The notes beneath the pieces were generated by a model, which was not told where the DNA came from, did no database searches, and saw nothing but the letters and a program-made list of their open reading frames with translations. DNA of 64,000 nucleotides, filler included. It is 3 parts of 3 records of this genome, joined end to end, with 100 filler letters (N's around TTAATTAATTAA, not from the genome) between each part and the next. Parts side by side here need not be neighbours in the genome. Positions count along the whole stretch, not along the records: positions 29,087 to 57,897 come from SRR20825006_1337; 2 more parts are not named here. The stretch is one strand, 5' to 3'. This document shows, piece by piece, positions 39,373-49,400 of this stretch. The position numbers and the translations under genes were made by a program. Each line of letters opens with the position of its first letter. The first letter of the stretch is position 1.

Positions 39373-40587
39373 TTGTCCGCCCCTCCATCTTTCACCAGCG
39401 ATCGCGTCAGCCAACCTCAACAAGAGTCCACCGGCACGCTGGTTGTGGGCGGTGGAGCAATCGGACTTTCCATCGCTTGGGAATTGGTTCGTCGAGGCGA
39501 GAAAGTAACCGTGATCGACCGTGGCCCGATCGCGCACGGAACGTCGTGGGCGGCCGCCGGAATCTTCCCGCCCGCCAACTTTGATCGTGCAACCGACCCG
39601 ATCGATCGCCTTCGCGGATTCAGCCATACGCTGTGGCCCCTGTGGTGCAAACAACTCGTGGATCAAACCGGTATCGATCCCGGGCTGATCCGATGTGGTG
39701 GCTACTACCTGGCCGAAACGGTTGGAGAGGCGTCCGCCCTGACCGGCATGATGTCTTACTGGGACGACCTTGCCGTGGAATGCCAACGGATCGAATTAAC
39801 GGAGTTGCTTCGCCAGCAACCTCGACTGACAAAATGGTCGCAAACCAATCCCTGGATCCAGAAACATCCAGAAAGCGCCGCTTGGTGGACACCCGACGAA
39901 TATCAGATCCGTCCATCTCGATTGCTGACGGCATTGGCCACGGCGTGCCAAAGCCTAGGCGTGGAACTGTTGCCGCACACGACGATCCTCGATGTCTCGT
40001 CCGACAACTCCGGATGCACCGCGAAGACGTTGACTCGGGATGCGGTGGAGCATTGCTTACACAGTGACCGGACGATCCTTTGCGGTGGCGCGGCGATCGG
40101 CAGCATTTGTCCAGAGATCCGCTTGGAATCATCCGTCATACCCATTCGAGGCCAGATCCTGCTGCTGCACAGTGACACGTTCACCGACCCAATCGTTCTC
40201 AATGTTGGCAACCGTTACTTGGTTGCTCGCGGCGATGGAAACGTGCTGGTCGGATCTTGCGAAGAAGAAGTTGGCTTTGAACAAGGCACTACCGACGATG
40301 TCATTGACGGCCTACGAAGCTTTGCAAATCGCGTCTGCCCAGAACTGGAATCAGCGACGGTCGCGTCGCAGTGGTCAGGGCACCGTCCCATGACCTTCGA
40401 CGGGTTTCCGATGATCGGACGCGTGCCTGATCAACGAAACGTGTTCGTTGCCGGTGGCCATTACCGCAGCGGAATTCACTTGGCATCCGGAACCGCTGTT
40501 GCAATGGCCGACGTGATCGAAGGCAAACGATCGTTCATGGAACTGTCTGACTTCTCCGTCGGCAAGCAACAAACCGTTTCGCGCTGA
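39373..40587 (+). CDS. FAD-dependent oxidoreductase, glycine oxidase ThiO/DAO family
   Basis: VVGGGAIGLSIAW, SWAAAGI, PIRGQI, WSGHRP, GHYRSGIHLA. Confidence 0.85.
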   Translation: MSAPPSFTSDRVSQPQQESTGTLVVGGGAIGLSIAWELVRRGEKVTVIDRGPIAHGTSWAAAGIFPPANFDRATDPIDRLRGFSHTLWPLWCKQLVDQTGIDPGLIRCGGYYLAETVGEASALTGMMSYWDDLAVECQRIELTELLRQQPRLTKWSQTNPWIQKHPESAAWWTPDEYQIRPSRLLTALATACQSLGVELLPHTTILDVSSDNSGCTAKTLTRDAVEHCLHSDRTILCGGAAIGSICPEIRLESSVIPIRGQILLLHSDTFTDPIVLNVGNRYLVARGDGNVLVGSCEEEVGFEQGTTDDVIDGLRSFANRVCPELESATVASQWSGHRPMTFDGFPMIGRVPDQRNVFVAGGHYRSGIHLASGTAVAMADVIEGKRSFMELSDFSVGKQQTVSR

Positions 40588-40633
40588 TCCGTTCCGCGCT
40601 GATCCGTTCCGCGCTGATCTGTTTCGCGTTGAA
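40574..40633 (+). repeat. 15-bp tandem repeat, four copies, starting over the oxidase stop codon
   Basis: CCGTTTCGCGCTGAT CCGTTCCGCGCTGAT CCGTTCCGCGCTGAT CTGTTTCGCGTTGAA. Confidence 0.9.
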
Positions 40634-40641
40634 GCCGCGAC

Positions 40642-42324
40642 TCACTCAAAACAGCGATTGCGAACCGTTGCCCCACCGGAAAGGTTCTGAACATCGAATC
40701 CGTTCTGACGCAAAATCCGAGCGGCGATGTGCCCGCGGACGCCAACAGCACAACTGACCACCGTGGGCATGGAACGATCCAGTTCACTCAATCGCTCTCG
40801 AAGCTCATCGACCGGAATGTGAATCGCCCCCGATGCTTCGCGAAGGGGAGTCTTCTCAATCTCGCCGGCACCGCGAACGTCGACAACCTGGACTTCGTCC
40901 AAAGAATCGTCCGAATCGCGAAACGACTCGATTTCGTCCAGCGCGTTGCACGCTGCGAATGCGGCCATATGTACCGGGTCCTTGGCCGAACCAAACGGGG
41001 GTGCGTAAGCCAAATCCAACCCAGCCAAATCGCGAACCGTGCCGCCAAAGTGCATCGCCGTTGCGATCACATCAATGCGTTTGTCGATGCCTTCACTACC
41101 GACGCACTGAGCCCCCAAGACCTTGCCGGTGGCTGGTTCGAAGGCCAGCTTTAGCGTCATCACCTCCGCACCGGGGAAGTACCCCGCGTGATGCTTCGCG
41201 ACGATCGTCACGCTGGAGGCATCTCTTCCAAACCGCTTCGCAGAGGCTCGCGTCAAACCAGTCATGCCAACCGAGACGTCGAACACTCGCACGACACTGG
41301 TTCCCCAAACGGGCGTCGCGGCAGCGGATTGGCCGGTCACAGCATGCTCACCCGCCAATCGACCGGATCGGTTGGCCGGGCCAGCCAACGGAACTCGCAT
41401 CGGCGTTCCCGTCGGACCGTACACGGGCTCGGATGCATCACCGACCGCATAGATATCTGAATCACTCGTGCGTGAAAACTCGTCGATGGTGATCCCACCC
41501 GTGCTTCCAATCTCCAAACCAGCTTCCTTGGCCAGTTCCGAATTGGGTCGAACACCGATCCCCAAAATCACCAATTCAGTTGACAGTTCCGTTCCATTGC
41601 TCAACCGAACCGAAGTCGCCCGGTCACCATCAAGCTGGATGGATTCCAACCCAACGCCCATGTGAACACCAACATTGTTTCGGCGCAGTGCATCCTCGAT
41701 CGGCCGAGCCATCTCGTGATCGAGCAACGGCAAGACCTGCTCGCGAAGCTCAATCAAATCGACATCCATCTCGCGACGCCGCAGCTGCTCAACCATTTCC
41801 AATCCGATGTAACCGGCACCCACCACGACCGCTCGGCGAACCGATCCGGAATCCACGCGGGCCTTGATCCGGTCCATGTCAACCAAGTTGCGCAGGGTCA
41901 ACACGTTGCTGGCATCTACGCCCGGTAACGCCGGGACGATTGGAGAAGCTCCCGGTGCCAAGATCAGCTTGTCGTATGGCTGCTCGTACGTCTTGTCTTG
42001 TTCCGAGGTCGCACCATGTCGGACGACGGTCACACATCGCTTTTCACGATTGATCGAAACGACTTCCTCGCGGGTTCTCACATCCAACTGAAAACGTCGC
42101 CGAAGAAAATCAGCCGAAGCGACCACCAAGGCGTCCCGATTTTTGATCTCTTCCCCGATGTGATAGGGCAGACCACAATTGGCAAAGGAGACATCCTCGT
42201 CCTTTTCAAACAGAATGATCTCTGCTTGTTCGTTCATCCGTCGGGCTCGAGTGGCCGCCGAAGCTCCTCCCGCGACACCGCCGACGATGACCAAGCGAAC
42301 GGGTGCATTGTGTTCCACCGACAT
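40642..42324 (-). CDS. CoA-disulfide/persulfide reductase with C-terminal rhodanese domain
   Basis: GGVAGGASAA, SFANCGLPY active-site Cys, GAGYIGLE, LAYAPPF; rhodanese VDVR...CAVGVRG. Confidence 0.92.
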   Translation of the reverse strand: MSVEHNAPVRLVIVGGVAGGASAATRARRMNEQAEIILFEKDEDVSFANCGLPYHIGEEIKNRDALVVASADFLRRRFQLDVRTREEVVSINREKRCVTVVRHGATSEQDKTYEQPYDKLILAPGASPIVPALPGVDASNVLTLRNLVDMDRIKARVDSGSVRRAVVVGAGYIGLEMVEQLRRREMDVDLIELREQVLPLLDHEMARPIEDALRRNNVGVHMGVGLESIQLDGDRATSVRLSNGTELSTELVILGIGVRPNSELAKEAGLEIGSTGGITIDEFSRTSDSDIYAVGDASEPVYGPTGTPMRVPLAGPANRSGRLAGEHAVTGQSAAATPVWGTSVVRVFDVSVGMTGLTRASAKRFGRDASSVTIVAKHHAGYFPGAEVMTLKLAFEPATGKVLGAQCVGSEGIDKRIDVIATAMHFGGTVRDLAGLDLAYAPPFGSAKDPVHMAAFAACNALDEIESFRDSDDSLDEVQVVDVRGAGEIEKTPLREASGAIHIPVDELRERLSELDRSMPTVVSCAVGVRGHIAARILRQNGFDVQNLSGGATVRNRCFE

Positions 42325-42409
42325 TTGACTTTCCTTTTCAGTCGTTACCTCGTAACATCACGACACATAAATATCGATTCCCCCTCTTCAGTGCAACTGC
42401 TCCTTCGCA

Positions 42410-42757
42410 ATGGCCTCTTCAAAACCTCGCACCGGCAAACGTGCTCCGGAAGACCCCACCAAACCGACCGGCGACGTGCAATCGTTCTCCGAGGCTGCGG
42501 AGTGCTTGAAAACGCTGGCCCACCCGGTTCGGCTGCGGATTGTTCAATTGCTTTTGCACAGTCGGTACACGGTCGGAGAAATCGCCGCGGATTGCGAAAT
42601 CGCGGATAACTTGGCGTCTGAGCACCTTCGCTTGCTGCAGCGATGTGGTTTTTTGGACAGCGAACGAGAAGGTCGCCGCGTTTACTATCAGGTGGTCGAG
42701 CCGCATCTGAGCCAATTGATGGCGTGCATTGAATCGAGATTTCTGACCGGCGAATGA
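42410..42757 (+). CDS. ArsR/SmtB family repressor, divergent from the CoA-disulfide reductase
   Basis: LKTLAHPVRLRIV, SEHLRLL, REGRRVYY; four Cys residues. Confidence 0.9.
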   Translation: MASSKPRTGKRAPEDPTKPTGDVQSFSEAAECLKTLAHPVRLRIVQLLLHSRYTVGEIAADCEIADNLASEHLRLLQRCGFLDSEREGRRVYYQVVEPHLSQLMACIESRFLTGE

Positions 42758-42905
42758 CTTCGAACAAGTGTCAATGCTGAGAAATCCCAAGTGACAACTG
42801 ATGCGTGACCGCTTGAGGCATCTGGGAGAATGATTGACGATACGGGTCGAACTCAATGGAGTTCCTTCGCGTCCGTCCCACCTCGTCGCAGAAAGATTGC
42901 CTGCT

Positions 42906-44501
42906 ATGTCCATCGCTTCTCCCGCCACGCACCCTGTTTTGATCGCTGGAACTTGGCGTGAAGCCAACGCCGAGTCCACCTTCCAGGCCACGGATCCCAA
43001 TCGCAACGAAAAACTCGACGCTGCATTTCCCGTCAGCAGTTGGAAAGATTGCGACGAAGCACTCGACGCCGCCGTGGAAGCCGCCGCTGAACTTCGCAAA
43101 CTCGGCCCGGCCAAAATCGCTGATTTCATGGAAGCGTACGCGGACAAGATTGATGCCGCAAAAGATCAATTGGTCGAAACCGCATTCGCCGAAACCGGTT
43201 TGGCTCGTTCACCACGTTTAGCCGATGTCGAATTGCCTCGGACCAGCAATCAATTGCGTGCGGCTGCCAAAGCATGCCGGACCGGCAACTGGGCCATGCC
43301 AACCATCGACACTCAAACGGGCATCCGTTCCTGCCTGGGACCCCTGGGCCCCGTGTGCGTGTTCGGTCCCAACAACTTTCCGTTCGCATTCGGCAGCGTT
43401 TCCGGTGGCGATTTTGCTGCAGCCATCGCAGCCGGCAACCCGGTGATTGGCAAAGCCAACAGTTCGCATCCTGACACAACACGTTTGTTTGCAGAATTGG
43501 CACTCGAAGCCCTCACCGAAACCGGACTCCCCGCCGCAACGGTGCAATTGATTTATCGAACCAGCCACGCCGATGGCGAGAAACTGGTTTCTGATCCGCG
43601 TATCGGCGCGACCGGCTACACGGGCAGTCGCGGTGCGGGACTGACGCTGAAATCCGCCGCGGACAAAGCAGGAAAGCCAATCTACTTGGAACTGTCCAGC
43701 GTCAATCCCGTGGTCATCACCCCCGCGGCACTCGAAGAACGCGGCGATGCCATTGTCGACGAGTTCATCACCAGTGTTCTGATGGGAACGGGTCAATTCT
43801 GCACGAATCCCGGCATGGTGATGCTCGTCAAAGGTGAAGCGACGGACAAGTTCATTACCGCGGTGAAGGAACGCTTCACTGCCGCTCCGGCCGGAACGTT
43901 GCTGTCTCCCGCCGTGGCATCTTCCCTCGGAAAAAGCATCGAACAATTGGTTGGATTCGGTGCCGAACTGCTAGCTGGCGGTGGCGAAGCCGAATCGGAC
44001 CGATGTGCGATGGCCAACACTCTTCTCAAAACCAGTGGCACGGACTTCCTCGGCAACCCAGAAGGTTTCCAAACCGAAGCCTTTGGAAACGCATCCTTGA
44101 TCGTGGTGGCAGACAACCTTGATCAGCTCTGTGAATCCATCCGTCATCTGGAAGGCAACCTGACCGGCTGTGTCTACACTTCGACCAACGGCGGCGACGA
44201 AGACGCATACTCACAAATTGCGTTTGAATTGGAACCCAAAGTAGGTCGAATGCTGAATGACAAAATGCCAACCGGAGTCGCGGTGAGTGCCGCGATGAAT
44301 CATGGCGGTCCTTATCCCGCGACTGGTCACCCGGGCTTCACCGCCGTGGGAGTCCCCGGATCGTTGATCCGATTTGGAAAGCTCACCAGTTTCGACAACG
44401 TCCGAGAATCTCGCCTTCCCGCTTTGTTGCAATCCACTCCACCAACCGCTGACACATGGCGTTTGGTAGACGGAGCTTGGACAAAAGACGCGATTTCTTA
44501 A
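42906..44501 (+). CDS. NADP-dependent aldehyde dehydrogenase, alpha-ketoglutaric semialdehyde dehydrogenase type
   Basis: FGPNNFPFAF...GGDFAAA, YTGS, ELSSVNP, GQFCTNPG, EAFG, HGGPYPAT. Confidence 0.9.
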   Translation: MSIASPATHPVLIAGTWREANAESTFQATDPNRNEKLDAAFPVSSWKDCDEALDAAVEAAAELRKLGPAKIADFMEAYADKIDAAKDQLVETAFAETGLARSPRLADVELPRTSNQLRAAAKACRTGNWAMPTIDTQTGIRSCLGPLGPVCVFGPNNFPFAFGSVSGGDFAAAIAAGNPVIGKANSSHPDTTRLFAELALEALTETGLPAATVQLIYRTSHADGEKLVSDPRIGATGYTGSRGAGLTLKSAADKAGKPIYLELSSVNPVVITPAALEERGDAIVDEFITSVLMGTGQFCTNPGMVMLVKGEATDKFITAVKERFTAAPAGTLLSPAVASSLGKSIEQLVGFGAELLAGGGEAESDRCAMANTLLKTSGTDFLGNPEGFQTEAFGNASLIVVADNLDQLCESIRHLEGNLTGCVYTSTNGGDEDAYSQIAFELEPKVGRMLNDKMPTGVAVSAAMNHGGPYPATGHPGFTAVGVPGSLIRFGKLTSFDNVRESRLPALLQSTPPTADTWRLVDGAWTKDAIS

Positions 44502-44790
44502 AGAAGAGAACGAATTCCCTGGCCTGAATCTCAAGATTTTTCAAAAAAATCTCAAAAAGGCCAGTGTCTAGGAACCCGCCCTTCGCTCTCGTTTCCGGAA
44601 ACATGCCGACAGTTGAGTTTGTCACCATGCACCGGTTCCGTCAATTTTCGCGATGGGGGCTTTGTCCCCATCGCGTTTGATATTTGGCGCCCTGAAAAAA
44701 GTGCCTATGGTCATTGCAGTGGCTGAGTAAGAGAACGGCGGAGCATTCAAACTCTTGCCGGCCATTTGGTTTATCACCTTATAGGACCAA

Positions 44791-44991
44791 ATGATGACTG
44801 CACGATTAGGCCTAGTGGGCAAATGGATGACCGCCGGTCTGCTTCTCTCGGCATTGACCGGTTGCGGCGTCCCCCAACCGAAAATCATTCCGCTCGCATC
44901 AATGGATGAAGAGCAGGCATCTATCGAAGCAACCATGGGACGAGCCAACACAGCGGTGACTCAGTTGCCGGGTGAATGTGATTTCAAATGA
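44791..44991 (+). CDS. Small putative lipoprotein upstream of the DUF1559 gene
   Basis: Hydrophobic leader with LTGC lipobox; stop overlaps the next ATG (ATGA). Confidence 0.5.
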   Translation: MMTARLGLVGKWMTAGLLLSALTGCGVPQPKIIPLASMDEEQASIEATMGRANTAVTQLPGECDFK

Positions 44992-46265
44992 ACACAGCAT
45001 CACCTAGAAACTTTTCATTGCCCGTTGGCCAAACATCTCAAGGTGTCCTCATGTTCGCTTCCACTCCGCTACCTGAGCACGCACGCTCGCGACGCTCACC
45101 AAAACGTCTCAATCGGCAAGCATTTTCGTTGGTCGAACTGGTTGTCGTGATCGCGATTCTTGCCGCCTTGGCCGGATTGCTGCTACCGGCCGTCCAGGCC
45201 GCTCGGGAAGCAACTCGGCGAATGAACTGCAACAACAACTTCAAAATGTTGGGGTTGGCACTCCACAACTACCACGCCGCCTACAACAACTTCCCATATA
45301 GCCGCATCGTCAATGACACGAACTGGCGTGGCTATGGTCCGGTCGTTGGCATGCTTCCGTTCATGGAACAACAAGCCGCTTGGGAGATGATCTCTCATCC
45401 TCATACCAGCGACAGCGGCAACCAATACGTCGCATTTGGTGGTTTTCCTTGGACGGCAGACTACACGCCCAACCGCATCCAAATCCCTTCGCTTCGTTGC
45501 CCTTCCGATCCAGCAGAAAACGAAACGATTGGTCGCTTGAACTATGGATTCTGCTACGGCGATGCGGCTCGCTACATTTCCTTCTATTGGTTTCATCCCG
45601 ATCAGAATCGTTCCGACCCCGCCTACGACTGGTTAGGTGATGAGGCCGTCGACCGCGGCATGTTCACGTGGAATAAAAGAAAACGATTTCGCGATTGCAA
45701 GGATGGGACCAGTCAAACGATGCTGATGGGCGAGATGGCAACCTTCTTGGATGACCGCTCGATCATCGGGACCGCAGCGGTGTTTGATGACCGGCAATTT
45801 CAAACCGACCTTCAACAGTGTGCGAGCACTTATGATCCTGAACGTCCGCAATTCTATAAGCCTGGACAAGAACTGATCGGCTTCGGCAACTTCGCTGGTC
45901 AGTCCAACCGAGGGCGTTGGTGGACGGATCCGATCGCGTGCAACACTGCAGTCAACACGATCTTTGCCCCCAATCGAGTCAGCTGCACCTACAGCACCGG
46001 ACCAGGCTCGGACTGGTATGGCGGCGTCTACACCGTCACCAGCCGTCACCCAGGAGGCGCGCACATCCTGATGACCGATGGTTCGATCAAATTTGTGACC
46101 GAATCGATTGATTCAGCAACCAAAGGCGTGGACTCCAACACGACCGTCACACGCTATGCCCCGGGGCCCGTCCACCCAGCCGGCTCGGAAAGTCCCTTCG
46201 GTGTCTGGGGAGCTTTGGGCACGTCCAGCTCTCAAGAGATGAGGGCGAACGAAGCCGAACTTTGA
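44988..46265 (+). CDS. DUF1559 prepilin-type protein with H-X9-DG C-terminal motif
   Basis: AFSLVELVVVIAI...LLLPAVQAAREA.RR..C.NN.K..GLALHNY; CPSD; DGTSQT; SRHPGGAHILMTDGS. Confidence 0.95.
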   Translation: MNTASPRNFSLPVGQTSQGVLMFASTPLPEHARSRRSPKRLNRQAFSLVELVVVIAILAALAGLLLPAVQAAREATRRMNCNNNFKMLGLALHNYHAAYNNFPYSRIVNDTNWRGYGPVVGMLPFMEQQAAWEMISHPHTSDSGNQYVAFGGFPWTADYTPNRIQIPSLRCPSDPAENETIGRLNYGFCYGDAARYISFYWFHPDQNRSDPAYDWLGDEAVDRGMFTWNKRKRFRDCKDGTSQTMLMGEMATFLDDRSIIGTAAVFDDRQFQTDLQQCASTYDPERPQFYKPGQELIGFGNFAGQSNRGRWWTDPIACNTAVNTIFAPNRVSCTYSTGPGSDWYGGVYTVTSRHPGGAHILMTDGSIKFVTESIDSATKGVDSNTTVTRYAPGPVHPAGSESPFGVWGALGTSSSQEMRANEAEL

Positions 46266-46438
46266 ACGAATGAGCGGCCGATCAAACGGTCGCTTGCGAA
46301 TTCTCTTCCGCACAAAAATCAAGCGAACCCGAAGCGTTTCTCCTCTGACGGTCTCTAGTGGGGAATCCTTTGGCCTAGATTGGTCGGTCTCGACCGCGTC
46401 AATCTCGGTCCTTCGCTTGCTTTTTCTCTGCGGTTTCC

Positions 46439-49400
46439 ATGATGGAAGTGCTGTTTTTCATCGCGATCGGGTGGCTGATCGTCACGATGGTCGGCCACCT
46501 GACCTGGGTCGTTTTCGCGACCATCTTTCGCCTGGCATTCGCTCCTAAAACGCTCTACCCGCCACCGCCGTCACGGGTCGAGACACCGGAAACCCAACGC
46601 TTTCCCACCCAAAACCAGCAAGGCTCGCCAGCTTCCGACGAACGACCATCGGCCTCCGCCGACTTGGCCGCGTTTTCGAGAATGATGGATGCGCTGACCG
46701 CCAACGACCAAGTCGATGCAGGAACCGCCAGCCAACTGAAAGCGTCCGCTCGAGACCTGGCCCGGACCTCGACACCGGCAAGCGTCGATCCGGTTGTCGA
46801 CGTGGTGCCTCCCACGACAACCGTTGCGAGTTCCCCACCAACCGTGGATTCAGTGGTCCCGGTCAAAGCAACCGCAACGTCGCGAACTGAACTCGGCCCC
46901 ACGCCTCCCCTCCCGATCGCAGAAGAAGCGGTCGCTGCGGAAGTGGTTGCCGCCGAAGCCATCTACGATCCACCTGCCCCAACGACGCCCAAGCGAGCGT
47001 TGTCGGAAGTCATCACCTCGTTCCTGGCTCGCAACAACATTCGCTGGGGCGAACTGGTTGCGGGGCTCTTGGTCGTGGTCTGTTCGATCGGCTTGGTCGT
47101 CAGTCTCTGGAACACGTTGACGTCGGCCCACCGAGTCGTGCCCTCGTTGATCTTCATGTCCGCCGACGCGGCAATTTTTGCAGCCGGTCTGTACACGGTG
47201 CGGCGATGGAAACTGCGACACACCAGCCGCGCGGTGTTGATCATCGCGACGCTGCTGGTCCCTTTGTGTGTGCTGGCAGGCATGGCCGCGGCGGGTGCCG
47301 GATTGGATTCAGTCACGCTTTCCGATCCAGCGACGCTGGGCACGATCGTGGCTGGATTGGCCGGTTGCGGTTGGCTGCTGCTTCAATCGTCTCGCAGCTT
47401 GGTTGGTCGTGCTGACGCACTGCCGATGACGGCCAGCGTCATCACACCAACGTTGGCGTTGCCACTGCTTCCCACCGCCGCACGGCTGCTTGGCCCCAAC
47501 GCGGGACTGGCGGTTTTGGCCCCCGCGATCTGTGTGGCCGCTGCGTTGCTCTGGCCCCAGCGCACGCGACAAAAACATCTTCAGTCGCACGAACGCACAA
47601 ACTTGGTTGGCGGCCGGAGGCACTGGAAGAATCGTTGGCTATCGCTTGGGATCGCTTCCTCCGCGATGGTCAGTGTTTTGGTCTACGCCGCGTTTCTGCT
47701 GAGTGGTCTCGAAAACGAATTCGCGGTTCAGGCCGCTTGGATTCAGATCGCGATCGCATCGATTCCGTTTTGGATCGCAATTGCGTCGAGCTGTCACAAC
47801 GACTCGACGATACTTCGCCAAACAAATTCGCTCTCAAGCGAACGTGGCTGGATGGCCAACTCGAACTTGATCGCAACTGTTCTGACGCTGCTATCAATGG
47901 GCGTGGTGTTGGCGATCCTTCCCGCTTCGCTTCGCAGGCTGGACTGGATGTGGATGCACGCGGTGGTTGCGGCGGCCTCATGGCTCGCGGCATCGATCGC
48001 ACTGCGACAACCTTCACGCATCATCGGCGCGACGCTGCCGCTTGGGATCGCCGCGATGCTGTCGTCGCCCGTTTGGATGGGCGATATCAACTGGGGCGAC
48101 CTACCGCTATGGCGTCTGGTTCTGGGTGGCGAACCGATGGTCACATCGCTTGGCATCGCCGCGTTGCTTGGTGGCATCGGATTCACCCTGAACCAAATCG
48201 CGAAAGAGAAATCGTGGGTTCGCGAATTCGTCGCGTCGAGCTGGTTTGCTGCTTGTACGTGGGGAGCACTCGCGTTTGTCCAAGCGTTGGTACTCAGCGT
48301 TGCACCGGTCACTTGGCTGGGGCAGGTGCGGCCGGTGTTGATCGATGTGGTGCTGGGCCTATCCGCTTTGGGATGCATCCTGGGATCCTTCAAAGATTCG
48401 CGAGCCTCACTGGCAACACCGGTGATTCTGATCGCGTTCTGGACTTCCGTGCTGGGATTGTTGACTTGGCCGGACGGTCGCCTTCACGCGGACCTCACGC
48501 TGACACCTTGGATCGGGCTCGCGGTCACAATGTCATTGATGGTTGCTGCCGGTCTCGCGAAATTTCTGCTTCAGCGTCTATCAACCTCTGGCGAACGACC
48601 TGGCCTTCTCGAACGCCCTGGCTTCCTCGAACGATCAAGCTCGCTTTCGCGAACTGCGGATCAGTCGATGCGACGTCATGCATCATCGGCGGGAGTGATG
48701 GCGTGTTTGTCCGCCGCGGCCCTGGGTGGGATCGCTTTGTTTTCACTCTCGTCCGGCGGCTTCGAAGCGCCGGGGTGGTGGTCCGCCAGCGGCCAACTTT
48801 GGCTGCTCGTTGGATCGTTGTCTGGAGTCGCGATTCTGTTGCGAGAACGCGGTTGGCTGCAAACTTCGATGGGACTGTCCGCGATCACGGTCGCGACCAC
48901 ACTCACCGCTTTCTTGGGCGTGACGGTTTGGCATTCGGAGTCTTGGCTGGGCGGGATTGCGACGTGGTGGGTCGCGGCAATCTTCGCATCAACTTCGGCG
49001 CTGTGGATGCTCGTTCGAACAACCGCGCCATTGCGAACGTGGTTCCCGAGCAACAAACACCATTCAGCTCATCTGAACTGGCCTCAAATGCCCGACGGTT
49101 TGTTCGCGATGTTGGCGACAGGCACCATCGTCTTCACCGTCGCTCGCCAGTACGCCGCGATCGTGGCGGGGCCCTTGGAAGAGATCGCTCAGTGGTCCAC
49201 CAACGACTGGATCGCAGCGGCCAACTTTGCTTGGTTCGAATCAGCGGCGTGCCTGGGATTGGTCGCCGGCACCTCGGCGTTGTTCGTCCTTTCGCGAAGC
49301 CACACCGAAGACTCGCTCTGGTCAGAAAACGGCTGGCAAGATTGGTTCTTGGGTTTGCTCGGGGCAGCCAGTCTGTACCTGGCGAGCCAACTTGGATTGG

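Noticed and set aside
38562-40587. Arsenosugar or selenosugar biosynthesis cluster around the DUF2064 gene
   Set aside because: No radical SAM, methyltransferase, selD or partner glycosyltransferase gene is adjacent.
40574-40633. Mini CRISPR array
   Set aside because: Head-to-tail 15-mers without spacers; a simple tandem repeat.
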